Assembly: GCA_038231435.1 (NCBI GenBank)
Contig: JBBRLJ010000006.1
Location: 61,359-125,358, forward strand
Reading direction: 5' to 3'
Source: Planctomycetota bacterium
GTDB taxonomy: Bacteria; Planctomycetota; UBA11346
Length of the DNA: 64,000 bases
Translations under genes and position numbers: made by a program
Notes under the pieces: generated by a model
The model's input: the letters and a program-made list of their open reading frames with translations, nothing else
Database searches by the model: none
Told to the model about the DNA's origin: nothing
Part shown: positions 13,327 to 22,474 of the stretch, piece after piece
Layout of the letters: each line of letters opens with the position of its first letter
Position numbering within the stretch: the stretch's first letter is position 1

Positions 13327-14103
13327 ATGAATTTTCTGGTACGAGCCTGCCTGATCGCGGGCATCCCGGTGCTGGCGACGGCTTGGTCGACCCGCCTGTC
13401 CGCGGCGGATGATGGCGCGCCGGCGGTGGCAGTCTCGGTGAAGCTCACGGCTGACGCCTCCATCGGCAATCGAGCCGACAGCGGCGCTGACATCCGCGCC
13501 GAGGCAGTGGCCCTCCACCAGGCCCGTCTCGCCGGTACGGTGTCGCGGCTCGAGCGCGAGCTCGGATCCTTCCCCGACGACCCCGACGGGATCGTCGCCG
13601 CGCGCCGCGGGTCCGACGCCGTCGCCGGCCTCGAGGTCTGGGATCTCAACGCCGAGCGCACCATGCTGCGCCGCCGCATCGACGCCCTGCGCGAGCGCAT
13701 CACGCTGTTCGAGCAGATCGACCAGCGCCAGGACAAGCTCGACCGCGCGCGCCTGGTCGAGCACCAGGAGGCGATGGTCTCGCTCGCGACCGACCGCGCC
13801 TATGCAGGCAAGCGCAAGACCGAGACCGAGATCCGCCTCACCTCCAGCGAATGGACGGCCGCTCGCCGCCAGGCGAAGCTCGAAATGCTCGCGGACGTCC
13901 GCCGCGAGCTCGACGCGCTCGTGCTGCCGGCGACTCCAGCGAGCGCCACGCAAGTGGAGATCCGCGTGCCCATCACCGTCGAGCCGGCCCACGTCGACTC
14001 GGCAAAGTCCGATGAGGTGAAGACCGAGGCCGCGCCCGCTCCCCAAGCAGAGCAGGCCCCGGCTGCGCCCGTTGCGGAGCCCGTACCGGCCCCGCAGCCC
14101 TGA
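13327..14103 (+). CDS. Hypothetical exported coiled-coil protein
   Basis: Signal-peptide-like N-terminus, helical charged core, Pro/Ala tail; GGAG RBS. Confidence 0.6.
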   Translation: MNFLVRACLIAGIPVLATAWSTRLSAADDGAPAVAVSVKLTADASIGNRADSGADIRAEAVALHQARLAGTVSRLERELGSFPDDPDGIVAARRGSDAVAGLEVWDLNAERTMLRRRIDALRERITLFEQIDQRQDKLDRARLVEHQEAMVSLATDRAYAGKRKTETEIRLTSSEWTAARRQAKLEMLADVRRELDALVLPATPASATQVEIRVPITVEPAHVDSAKSDEVKTEAAPAPQAEQAPAAPVAEPVPAPQP

Positions 14104-14118
14104 TGCGTCCTCGACGGT

Positions 14119-15306
14119 TCAGCCGCGCATGGCGGCTTCGAGCCCAGCGACGTCCTTGGGGATCGCGCGCGTCATGTCCTCGCAGCCATCCGCGGTGATC
14201 AGCAGATCGTCCTCGATGCGGATGCCGAAGCCTTCGTCGGGAAGATAGACGCCCGGTTCGTTCGAGATGATCATCCCCGCCGCGAACGGCTTGGTGTAGT
14301 CGGCCGGATCATGGACATCGAGCCCGATGTGGTGGCTCAGGCCGTGATGGCGGGTGAAGCCGGCATCGATGATCGGCTTCCAGGCGATGGCGTTCAGCTC
14401 ATCGCGGGTGATCCCGGGCTTGGCGTGCTTGCGGCCCAGAGCGTTGCAGCGCAGCACCAGTTCGTAGACCTCCTTGAAGCGCTTGTCGTCGAATCGGCCG
14501 TGCTGCGGCACGGTGCGCGTGACGTCCGCGCAGTAGCCGCCGGCGGTGGCGCCGGAGTCGATCAGCAGCGGAGCGCGCTTCACCAAGGGCTGGTCGTTAT
14601 GCGGATAGTGCAGCGTCGCTCCGTGCACCGCTGATCCGACGATCGGCGGGAAGGCGAGGGGGCCGTAAGCAGACTTGCGGTATTCGGCGACCAACTCGCT
14701 CGCGACCTCGGACTCGAGCTTCAGCTTGGGGATGCGCGGCAGCACGCGTGCGAGACCCTTGCGCGTGATCTCGATCGCGTGGCGGTGCCAGGCGATCTCG
14801 TCGGCATCCTTGTACATGCGCTGATGCACCAGCGTCGGCTCGGCGTTCAGCAGGGTCACCCCCTTGAGTTTCTTCTTCCAGTCGGCGAAGGCGCTCGCCT
14901 GGAAGCCCGGCTCGCGGTCGCGGGTGCACATCGCCAGGCGATGACCCGCGCGCTTGGCGGCGGCGGCGACGCGCGCCTCGAGATCCTTGATCGAGGCCAC
15001 CGCGTGCACGCCGTGCGCGCGCTTCGCGCGCTGATCGGGCCCCAGGCGCGGCCCGTCCCAGATCACCCTCGCCGGATCTCCCGGATCGAGGAACAGCGTG
15101 TCGCGCGTCGACGAGTCCGGATCGATCAGCAATGCGGCCTCGGGCTCGGCGCAGCCGCTATAGTAATCGAACCACGGGTCCTGGCGCTCGCGGCGCAGGT
15201 GGTGCTCGTCGCAGCCGATGAACAGGATCGGCACCCGCCGCTCGAAGGCGCGCTGCACCAGCTGCGCGGCGCGCGCGCGCCGGGCGCGGTAGGTGGCGAT
15301 GGGCAT
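14119..15306 (-). CDS. pepP: Xaa-Pro aminopeptidase (M24 family)
   Basis: LHY, LIDSG, YCADVTRT, HGLSHHIGLDVHD, NEPGVY, GIRIEDDLL metal ligands. Confidence 0.9.
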   Translation of the reverse strand: MPIATYRARRARAAQLVQRAFERRVPILFIGCDEHHLRRERQDPWFDYYSGCAEPEAALLIDPDSSTRDTLFLDPGDPARVIWDGPRLGPDQRAKRAHGVHAVASIKDLEARVAAAAKRAGHRLAMCTRDREPGFQASAFADWKKKLKGVTLLNAEPTLVHQRMYKDADEIAWHRHAIEITRKGLARVLPRIPKLKLESEVASELVAEYRKSAYGPLAFPPIVGSAVHGATLHYPHNDQPLVKRAPLLIDSGATAGGYCADVTRTVPQHGRFDDKRFKEVYELVLRCNALGRKHAKPGITRDELNAIAWKPIIDAGFTRHHGLSHHIGLDVHDPADYTKPFAAGMIISNEPGVYLPDEGFGIRIEDDLLITADGCEDMTRAIPKDVAGLEAAMRG

Positions 15307-15548
15307 GGCGAGGCCGCGGATGGTCATGGTATCCACTATCCTACGCCGGGCTCCGGCACAATCGCTCTCATCCACAACCGCGGGGTGCATGGTGCAGCGA
15401 GGAGACACCCGCACGGCGCCACCGTGCCTGCTCACCGCGCCAAGACTCGTGCGGTTGACGCCTGTCTCCGCACGCCGCACCCCGCTCCTGCCATCGCACG
15501 TCCTATCGCACGTATTGTGATCGCGGGGACCGACGCGAGGATGCGAGC

Positions 15549-16376
15549 ATGTCGATGCGCAGCCTGCTCCTCGAACTCGCCAAGATCGGCGGGAAGATCG
15601 CCCGCGAGCATTTCGCCACGGTCGCCGAGAAGGACGTGCGGGTGAAGGGCCAGCACGACTACGTCAGCCATGTCGACCGCCTGGTCGAGGACACCATCAT
15701 CCGCCGCATCCGCGCGCGCTATCCAGACCACCTGATTCTCGGCGAAGAGACCTCGGGCGCGCAGCCGCCGCCGGCCGATGATCCGCGCCCAATGTGGGTC
15801 ATCGACCCGATCGATGGCACTACCAACTTCATCCACGGAATTCCCGCCTTCGCGATCTCCATCGCCTTCTGCGAGCGCGGCGAGCCGCAGGATGCGATCG
15901 TCTACGATCCGATGCGCGACGAGGCCTTCATCGGCGAGGCCAAGTCCGGGCTGTGGCTCAACGGCGAGCGCGCCAACACGTCGGGCTGCACCGACATCGC
16001 CAACGCGCTGCTCGCATCCGCCCTGCCCTTCCGCTTTCCCGAGGCGCTCGACGACTGCCTCAAGGTATTCGCCGGCATCCAGCGCCGGTGCGACGATCAT
16101 CGCCGCGGTGGCTCGGCCGCGCTGGACATGGCCTATGTCGCGGTCGGGCGGCTCGACGGGTATTACGAGCTCGGCATCTACCCGTGGGATACCGCGGCCG
16201 GTGAGCTGCTGGTGCGGTGCGGCGGCGGTGCGGCGACCGATTATCGCGGCGGGACGGGCCAGCTGATCGGCCGGCGCTCGATGGTCTGCGGCGCCACCGC
16301 CCAGTTGCAGCAGGCCCTGCTCGAGGAGATGAAGCCCCTGGCGCCTTGGCTCGATCGCGCGCCGTTCGCCCGATGA
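15549..16376 (+). CDS. suhB: Inositol monophosphatase family (SuhB)
   Basis: ILGEE, WVIDPIDGTTNF, GSAALD, PWDTAAG. Confidence 0.93.
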   Translation: MSMRSLLLELAKIGGKIAREHFATVAEKDVRVKGQHDYVSHVDRLVEDTIIRRIRARYPDHLILGEETSGAQPPPADDPRPMWVIDPIDGTTNFIHGIPAFAISIAFCERGEPQDAIVYDPMRDEAFIGEAKSGLWLNGERANTSGCTDIANALLASALPFRFPEALDDCLKVFAGIQRRCDDHRRGGSAALDMAYVAVGRLDGYYELGIYPWDTAAGELLVRCGGGAATDYRGGTGQLIGRRSMVCGATAQLQQALLEEMKPLAPWLDRAPFAR

Positions 16377-16433
16377 TCCCGCGCCCTCGGCCCGGCCGGG
16401 GCGCCGTGCCAGCCACAGGCGGAGGGCGCTGAC

Positions 16434-17132
16434 GTGCTGCTCGTGCATCCGACCGACATCGACGGCGCGCCTGCCGCGGCCTCTCCCCCGCGCCGCGCCT
16501 GGGCCACCTGGGCGGTCGCGGGACTCGCGGCCTCGGCCTTCGTCGTCGACCGCGTCGCCTGCTGGAGCCTCGAGCACGGAGGGCGTCTCATCGGCGAACG
16601 CGCCGGCCGCGCCATCACCTTGGCGGTCGCGTCCTCACGCTGTTACCGCGATGCCGATCGCTTCCAACCGTGGCAGCCGTGGACCAGCGCGCTGATCCAT
16701 GATGGCTGGTGGCAGCTGCTCGCGGGCCTCGCGGCATTCCTGGTCGCCGGCCGCGCGGTCGAGCGCGAGCTCGGCGCGGCGGCGCTGGTCACCGCGATCC
16801 TCACCCTGGCGCCGATCAGCGGCACCGCGGCGATCCTGCTCGGCGGCGATCCCGGCATTGGCGGCGTCGCGGTCGGACTGCTGGCGCTGATGTTGTGCCG
16901 CCGGCCCCGGGCGCGGGTGCAATGGGGCGTGTCGTACTACGCGGTCACGGTGGTTGGCCACGTGCCGCTATTCAGTCTCGCGCTCACCGACGTCATCGCC
17001 GGCTTCCTCGCCCAGGACGCCGCTCGCTGCCTGATCCACCACCAGGCGACTCCATGGGCCAGCTGGCTCGCCGCCGGGCTGGCCGGCGCCGCGCTCGGCT
17101 TCGGCTCGCGCCGCTACGGCCCACGCGCCTAG
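16434..17132 (+). CDS. Rhomboid-like membrane protein, catalytic residues apparently lost
   Basis: PWQPWTSALIHDGWWQL...GRAVERELG resembles the rhomboid L1/TM2 region; no GxSG or catalytic His found. Confidence 0.6.
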   Translation: MLLVHPTDIDGAPAAASPPRRAWATWAVAGLAASAFVVDRVACWSLEHGGRLIGERAGRAITLAVASSRCYRDADRFQPWQPWTSALIHDGWWQLLAGLAAFLVAGRAVERELGAAALVTAILTLAPISGTAAILLGGDPGIGGVAVGLLALMLCRRPRARVQWGVSYYAVTVVGHVPLFSLALTDVIAGFLAQDAARCLIHHQATPWASWLAAGLAGAALGFGSRRYGPRA

Positions 17133-17269
17133 CCCCCCGGGCGCGTTTGAGGTGTGGAGCCCGCCGCACCGCGTATAACGCCCCCGCCCTCCAGCCGTAT
17201 CTTCCGCTTTCCGCTGTCGCTCCGTCTTCTCCCGTTTCCTGTCTTCCCCATCCGAGACCCGACTTGCCC

Positions 17270-18574
17270 ATGAGCACCATCGATCTGCAGCCGGTCAAAG
17301 GCACCCGCGATTTCTATCCCGAGGACATGCGCGTCCGCAGCTGGCTGTTCGCGCACTGGCGCTCCGTCGCCAACGCCTTCGGCTACGAGGAATACGACGC
17401 CTGCGTGCTGGAGAGCGAGGAGCTGTACATCCGCAAGGCCGGCGACGAGATCACCGGGCAACTCTACGGCTTCGCCGACAAGAGCGACCGCCGCCTCGCC
17501 CTGCGCCCGGAGATGACGCCAAGCCTGGCGCGCATGGTCATGGCCAGGGGCTCAGCCCTGCCGCTGCCAGCACGGTGGTTCTCGATCCCGCAGTGCTTCC
17601 GCTACGAGAACATGCAGCGCGGCCGCAAGCGCGAGCACTTCCAGTGGAACATGGATGTCATCGGGCTGCCGTCGGTCGCCGCCGAGGCCGAGCTGATGGC
17701 CGCGCAGTGCGCGTTCCTGCGCGCCTGCGGATTGCGACTGGAGGGCGACAAGCCCGACATCGTCATCCGCGTGTCCAACCGCCAGGTCATCCAGCATTTC
17801 CTCGAGGGCCTCGGCATCGTCGGCGACGCCTTCGCCAGCGTCTGCGTGGTCATCGACAAGCGCGACAAGATCGGCGCTGACGCCACCGCCGTCGAATTGG
17901 CGAAACTCGGGATCTCGGCGGAAGCCGCCAAGCGCATCCTCGCCCTGCTCGAGGTCACCGGCCTCGCTGCCGCCACCGAGCAGGTGGGCGCGGACAATCC
18001 CGGCATCGTGGCGCTCACCCAGCTCACCCAGCTCGCCGCCTCGTTCGGCTTTGGCGACGTCCTGCGCGTCGACCTCTCGGTGATCCGCGGGCTCTCCTAT
18101 TACACCGGCACGGTGTGGGAGGTCTTCGACGCCTCGGGTTCGCTGCCGCGCGCCATCGCCGGCGGCGGCCGCTACGACAAGCTGATGGAGGTCTTCGGTG
18201 GCGCGCCCGTGCCGATGGTCGGCTTCGGTTTCGGCGACGTGGTCATCACCGAGATCCTGTCAGAGCGCGGACTGCTGCCCGCCCAGGCACTCGCGCGCAC
18301 GCTCGACGACGTCGTCTATCCGATGAGCGCCCCTGAATTCGCCATCGCTAACCGCATCGCCGCGCATCTGCGCGCCCTGGGCCGCCGGGTGGCCGTGGAC
18401 TATAGCGAGCGCCGATTCAAGCACGCCATCAAGCGCGCCGAGGACGACGGCGCCAAGCGCCTGATCATCCTCGGCAGCAACGAAATAACCGCGGGCGTGG
18501 CCATCGTCCGCACCCTGGGCGGCACCGAGCGCCAGGAGCAGAAGATTCCGCTCTCAGAGCTCGGCGCGGGATAA
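17270..18574 (+). CDS. hisS: Histidine--tRNA ligase
   Basis: VKGTRDFYP, LRPEMTPSLAR, FRYE..QRGR.REH.Q, RGLSYYTG, GGGRYD, anticodon-binding domain. Confidence 0.96.
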   Translation: MSTIDLQPVKGTRDFYPEDMRVRSWLFAHWRSVANAFGYEEYDACVLESEELYIRKAGDEITGQLYGFADKSDRRLALRPEMTPSLARMVMARGSALPLPARWFSIPQCFRYENMQRGRKREHFQWNMDVIGLPSVAAEAELMAAQCAFLRACGLRLEGDKPDIVIRVSNRQVIQHFLEGLGIVGDAFASVCVVIDKRDKIGADATAVELAKLGISAEAAKRILALLEVTGLAAATEQVGADNPGIVALTQLTQLAASFGFGDVLRVDLSVIRGLSYYTGTVWEVFDASGSLPRAIAGGGRYDKLMEVFGGAPVPMVGFGFGDVVITEILSERGLLPAQALARTLDDVVYPMSAPEFAIANRIAAHLRALGRRVAVDYSERRFKHAIKRAEDDGAKRLIILGSNEITAGVAIVRTLGGTERQEQKIPLSELGAG

Positions 18575-18613
18575 CCATCACAGACGCGCGAACGCCAGCC
18601 CATCAAACCGGGG

Positions 18614-18769
18614 GCCCCATCGCTCCGCGATGGGGCGGGCGCAGAGGGGCGGTCGGCGGATAGAATGGGCGTAGCCCATCCGCCGATGAGTTAGCCTGCG
18701 CTCCGCCGGCTAACTCAAGCCCCGACCAAGCCCGTGGGGTAGGCCGCAGGCCGTAGGGGCGGAGCCCCT
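18614..18769. repeat. Multi-hairpin intergenic palindromic element
   Basis: Stems 18614-23/18627-36, 18653-60/18679-86 (inner 18665-70/18674-79), 18687-96/18708-17, 18742-45/18749-52, 18755-60/18764-69. Confidence 0.65.
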
Positions 18770-18772
18770 GAG

Positions 18773-20233
18773 CTAAGAGTCCGTCTTCTTCTCTTTCTCT
18801 TTCTCTTTCTCCTTCTCCTTGCCGTACAGGCTGCCGTCCAGATGGCAGCCCTGCAGCAGGTGGGCGACGTTGCGGTCGAAGCCCTCGTCGACGAGCATCT
18901 CGTCGATCACCGCGGTCGGGTCCTTGCCCGGATCGTCGGCGGTGCGCTCCTCGAACGCGGTCGCTACCGCGAGGATGCGCGCCTCGGTATCCAGATCGTC
19001 GCCGCCGATCTTCAGCGGCCCGGAGCCGTCGACGCGCTCGTACGCCAGGCGCACCAGGGGCAGCACCGGATCGAGATCGTCCACCGCCTCGAGCAGCTCG
19101 ATGCCTTTGTAGGTGGCCTTCTTGGCGACATCGATCATGCGTGGGAAGCGGTGCAGCAGACCGGCCTGGCGCAGCCGCTCACGGCTCGAATGGCTCAGGT
19201 GCATGGCCTCGGCCAGCGCCGAGCAGGTACGCGCACAGCGCTCGCCGCTGCCGGGATGGTCGCTGCGGGTCTCGAGCGCGCGGATCATGGTGACCATCAG
19301 CTGCCACATGGTGCCGCGATGGCGGCGGCGCTCCTCCATGCCGTGGTGCGCGAGCCCGATCTGGATCGCGCAGGCCGAGATCAGCTCGAGATCGAATTGA
19401 TCGAAGGCAGGGGCGTTGGTGCCGCGGCTGAGATAGAGCACGCCGCGGGTATGCCCGCCCACCGCGAGCGGAACACAGATCACCGAGCGGATGCCCTTGG
19501 CCACCACGCTGTCGTTGCGGTCGAAGCGCTCGTCCTCTTGCGCGTTGGCGCTGTGCAGCGCCTTGTTCTCGGAGAACGTCTTCTTGATGATCGATCGGCT
19601 GATCACCGGGCGCACGTGCGGCGCCGAGGTGCGCACCGCGCCTGGCACCAGCTTGCCGCTGGCCGGATCGCGGCGGAAGATCAGCGCGCACTCCGCGGGC
19701 ATGGTCTGCACCAGGCAGTCCAGCACGCGCGCCTCCTTGTCGGAGCCTTCGTTCGGGTCCGAGATCAGCCGGCCGACCTGGTAGAGGATGCGCAGGCCTT
19801 TGACGTTCTGCGCCGGCGCCTCGTGCTCGAACGGCTCGGAGATATCCGACAGCTCGTCGACGCGGAACTCGAGGGTGTTAGAAAGCACGTCGGGGTCGTC
19901 GTTGTAGGCGATGCGGTTCGAGCTGTCGTCGTCGGCAAGCGCGGCGCCGCTCTCGAACACCATCTCGGTGGTGCCGATCTTGATGATGTCGCCGACGCGC
20001 AGCAGCTCTTCGTCGGCGAGGCGCTCATCGTTGACGAAGGTGCCGTTCTTCGAGTCCAGGTCGCGCACGAAGTACATGCCGCCGACCGGGAAGATCTCGC
20101 AGTGGAAGCGCGAGGCGCTGCGGTCGAGGATCTGGATCCCTGCCTCGGCGTCGCGGCCGATGGTCAGCGGTTTCTCGGTGACGGTCTTCTCGCGCCCGCG
20201 GTACGGGCCGTTCATGATGCGGATCTTGCTCAT
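18773..20233 (-). CDS. FHA + GAF + degenerate HD-GYP signalling protein
   Basis: FHA (IGR, ASRFH, DLDSKNGTFVN), GAF (IRSVICVPL..GVLYL..F...D), HD-GYP-like tail (ERVDGSGP, ARILAVA) without HD or HH. Confidence 0.85.
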   Translation of the reverse strand: MSKIRIMNGPYRGREKTVTEKPLTIGRDAEAGIQILDRSASRFHCEIFPVGGMYFVRDLDSKNGTFVNDERLADEELLRVGDIIKIGTTEMVFESGAALADDDSSNRIAYNDDPDVLSNTLEFRVDELSDISEPFEHEAPAQNVKGLRILYQVGRLISDPNEGSDKEARVLDCLVQTMPAECALIFRRDPASGKLVPGAVRTSAPHVRPVISRSIIKKTFSENKALHSANAQEDERFDRNDSVVAKGIRSVICVPLAVGGHTRGVLYLSRGTNAPAFDQFDLELISACAIQIGLAHHGMEERRRHRGTMWQLMVTMIRALETRSDHPGSGERCARTCSALAEAMHLSHSSRERLRQAGLLHRFPRMIDVAKKATYKGIELLEAVDDLDPVLPLVRLAYERVDGSGPLKIGGDDLDTEARILAVATAFEERTADDPGKDPTAVIDEMLVDEGFDRNVAHLLQGCHLDGSLYGKEKEKEKEKEKKTDS

Positions 20234-20386
20234 GCCCTGACCAGCGGATCCATGGGAAGACGAACGTGGAAACGAGGTGATGCAGGCATCGGGCCGCAGA
20301 CTACCAGCCTCGGCAGGCGGTACCATCGCTTGCAAACATCGGGCGAAAACCAGTGCAATCGTCGCGCCTCGGACCGAGCAGCCGGA

Positions 20387-20866
20387 TCAGGGCTGGCGTT
20401 CGATCGCACGGGCGTGGCGCGCCGCCTTGGCGGCGATGGCGGCCTTGCCATCGGCCTTCGCCATCAGCGCGAGCAGGTCCCAGGCTCCGGGTTCGCCCGG
20501 CGCGATCCGCGTCAGGCGCGTGGCCGCCGCCACCGCCGCGGGCAGGTCGTTGCGCAGGTAGGCGGTGGCTGCCTCGCGATGGACTCCGCGCACCGCTACC
20601 GCGTCGATCCGCGGTTGCCGCGCCAGCGCCCAGAGCCCCAGGTCGGCGGCGAGAGCGAGCGCAGCGTAGGCCAGGGCATCGCGCGCGATGCAGGCGGTGT
20701 CGAAACCCGGGACGCCGGCGAACCCCAGCGCGACCAGGCAGAGCGCGAGCAGGGCGGCGACCAGCAGGCCGAGTCCCACTGCGAGCTGGCCACGGGCCAC
20801 CAGCGCCGCGCCCGGAAGCAGCGCGTTCGCCACGTAATTCACCGCCGAGGGAGCCGCGCCAGCCAT
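20387..20866 (-). CDS. Small membrane protein with C-terminal TPR-like repeat
   Basis: LLPG motif, 2-3 hydrophobic segments, A...P..P.AW.LLA repeat; alternative GTG start at 20842. Confidence 0.55.
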   Translation of the reverse strand: MAGAAPSAVNYVANALLPGAALVARGQLAVGLGLLVAALLALCLVALGFAGVPGFDTACIARDALAYAALALAADLGLWALARQPRIDAVAVRGVHREAATAYLRNDLPAAVAAATRLTRIAPGEPGAWDLLALMAKADGKAAIAAKAARHARAIERQP

Positions 20867-21001
20867 GCCCGCGACGCTATGCGCGCGATCGGGGCGCGCA
20901 ATCGCAGCCGCGTGCTCTGCTCCAGAGGGAACCGCCTCACGGCGGTGGAGGGCCCTTCCACCAGGCCCTGGCCCGTGCCGCGCCCGGCCTACGCTGCGGC
21001 C

Positions 21002-22411
21002 GTGGCGAATCTCCCGGACCATCCCCACGCACCCCACGCGCCCCCTGTAGATGCGCATCGCGCTCCGCTGCCGGAGCGCATCCGCCCGAAGACCCTTGAG
21101 GAGGTGGTCGGGCAGCCGCACCTGATCGGTTCCGATGGAGTCCTGACGCGCCTGATTGCCACCGGCCATCTGCCGTCGATCGTCTTCTGGGGCCCGCCCG
21201 GCTGCGGCAAGACCACCATGGCGCGGCTGCTGGCCGAGCGGCTGTCGCTACGCTTCGCGCCCTTCAGCGCGGTGCTCGGCGGCGTGCCCGAGCTGCGCGC
21301 AGCCATCGATGAGGCCAAGGCCGCGCGCGCCTTCGGACAGGGAACCCTGCTGTTCGTCGACGAGCTGCACCGGTTCAACAAGGCTCAGCAGGACGCGCTC
21401 CTACCCCACGTCGAGGCGGGCGTGCTGACCATGATCGGCGCGACCACCGAGAACCCGAGCTTCTCGGTCAACCGCGCGCTGCTGTCGCGCGTGCGCGTGT
21501 TTCCGCTGCATGGGCTCGACGCGCCAGCGCTCACCCAGCTGATCGCGCGCGCCCAGGCGCATCCGGAAGGGCTGCCGGGCCTCGAGGTCGAGGACCAGGC
21601 GCGCGACCCCATCCTGCGCCTGTCCGCGGGCGATGGCCGCCGGCTGCTGCTGCTCTTGGACGAGGCCTGGGCGCTGTGCCGTCCGCGGCCGGTCACCGCA
21701 GACGCGATCGCGCGCGTGGCGTCAGCGCCATCGGCGAGCCACGATCGCGCCGGCGAGAGCCACTACGACGTCGCCAGCGCGTTCATCAAGAGCATGCGCG
21801 CGAGCGACGTGCAGGCGGCGCTGTACTACCTCGCGCGCCAGCTGGATTCCGGCGAGGATCCGATGTTCGTGGCGCGGCGGGTGGTGATCTTCGCGTGCGA
21901 GGATGTCGGGCTGGCAGACCCCCAGGCGCTGGTGGTCGCCAACGCGGCGATGCAGGCGACAGCGGGGATCGGCATGCCCGAGGCGGTCTATCCGCTGAGC
22001 GAGGCGGTCATCTACTGCGCGACGGCGCCGAAATCGAATTCGACGAAGGGGTATTTCGCCGCCGCCGAGGCGGTGAAGCGCCGTCCGGGCGCGCAGGTGC
22101 CGATGTTCATCCGTAATGCGCCCACGCAGCTGATGCAGGATCTCGGCTACCATCAGGGCTACCAATACGACCACGACGCGCAGGACCATTTCGCCGGCAG
22201 CCAGTGCCTGCCCGACGAGCTGTTGGGCGAGGTCTTCTACACGCCTGGTTCGTTCGGCCACGAGAAGGAGATCGCCAAGCGCCTCGACTGGTGGGAGGCG
22301 CGCAGGAAACCGCGGGAAGGTCCGTCGTCCGTAGTCCGTCGTCCGTCGTCGAAGCAGGCCGATCCGCCACATCCGGACGCTGGCGGAAGGCCGGAAGCGC
22401 CCGACTCTTGA
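21002..22411 (+). CDS. rarA: Replication-associated recombination protein A (MgsA/RarA)
   Basis: PL.ER.RP..L.E.VGQ.H, WGPPGCGKTT, DELHRFNKAQQD, GATTENP, SAFIKSMR, EDVGLADP, APKSN. Confidence 0.95.
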   Translation: MANLPDHPHAPHAPPVDAHRAPLPERIRPKTLEEVVGQPHLIGSDGVLTRLIATGHLPSIVFWGPPGCGKTTMARLLAERLSLRFAPFSAVLGGVPELRAAIDEAKAARAFGQGTLLFVDELHRFNKAQQDALLPHVEAGVLTMIGATTENPSFSVNRALLSRVRVFPLHGLDAPALTQLIARAQAHPEGLPGLEVEDQARDPILRLSAGDGRRLLLLLDEAWALCRPRPVTADAIARVASAPSASHDRAGESHYDVASAFIKSMRASDVQAALYYLARQLDSGEDPMFVARRVVIFACEDVGLADPQALVVANAAMQATAGIGMPEAVYPLSEAVIYCATAPKSNSTKGYFAAAEAVKRRPGAQVPMFIRNAPTQLMQDLGYHQGYQYDHDAQDHFAGSQCLPDELLGEVFYTPGSFGHEKEIAKRLDWWEARRKPREGPSSVVRRPSSKQADPPHPDAGGRPEAPDS

Positions 22412-22467
22412 GCCACAGCGTCATCGTCCAGTCGGCGACGGACGACTGACGACGCGACGACGGACGG
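22321..22467. repeat. Heptamer (TCCGTCG)-type tandem tract and an inverted degenerate copy flanking the rarA stop
   Basis: tccgtcg-tccgtag-tccgtcg-tccgtcg at 22321-22348; cgacggacgac...cgacgacggacgg at 22436-22467. Confidence 0.65.
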
Positions 22468-22474
22468 TCTGACC

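Noticed and set aside
15329..15376. DnaA-box-like TCATCCACA (15368-76) and GTATCCACT
   Set aside because: Only two imperfect matches and no AT-rich unwinding element; insufficient to call oriC
18842..21001. Apparent 720-aa N-terminal extension of RarA
   Set aside because: Overlaps two minus-strand genes; RarA homology starts near 21002
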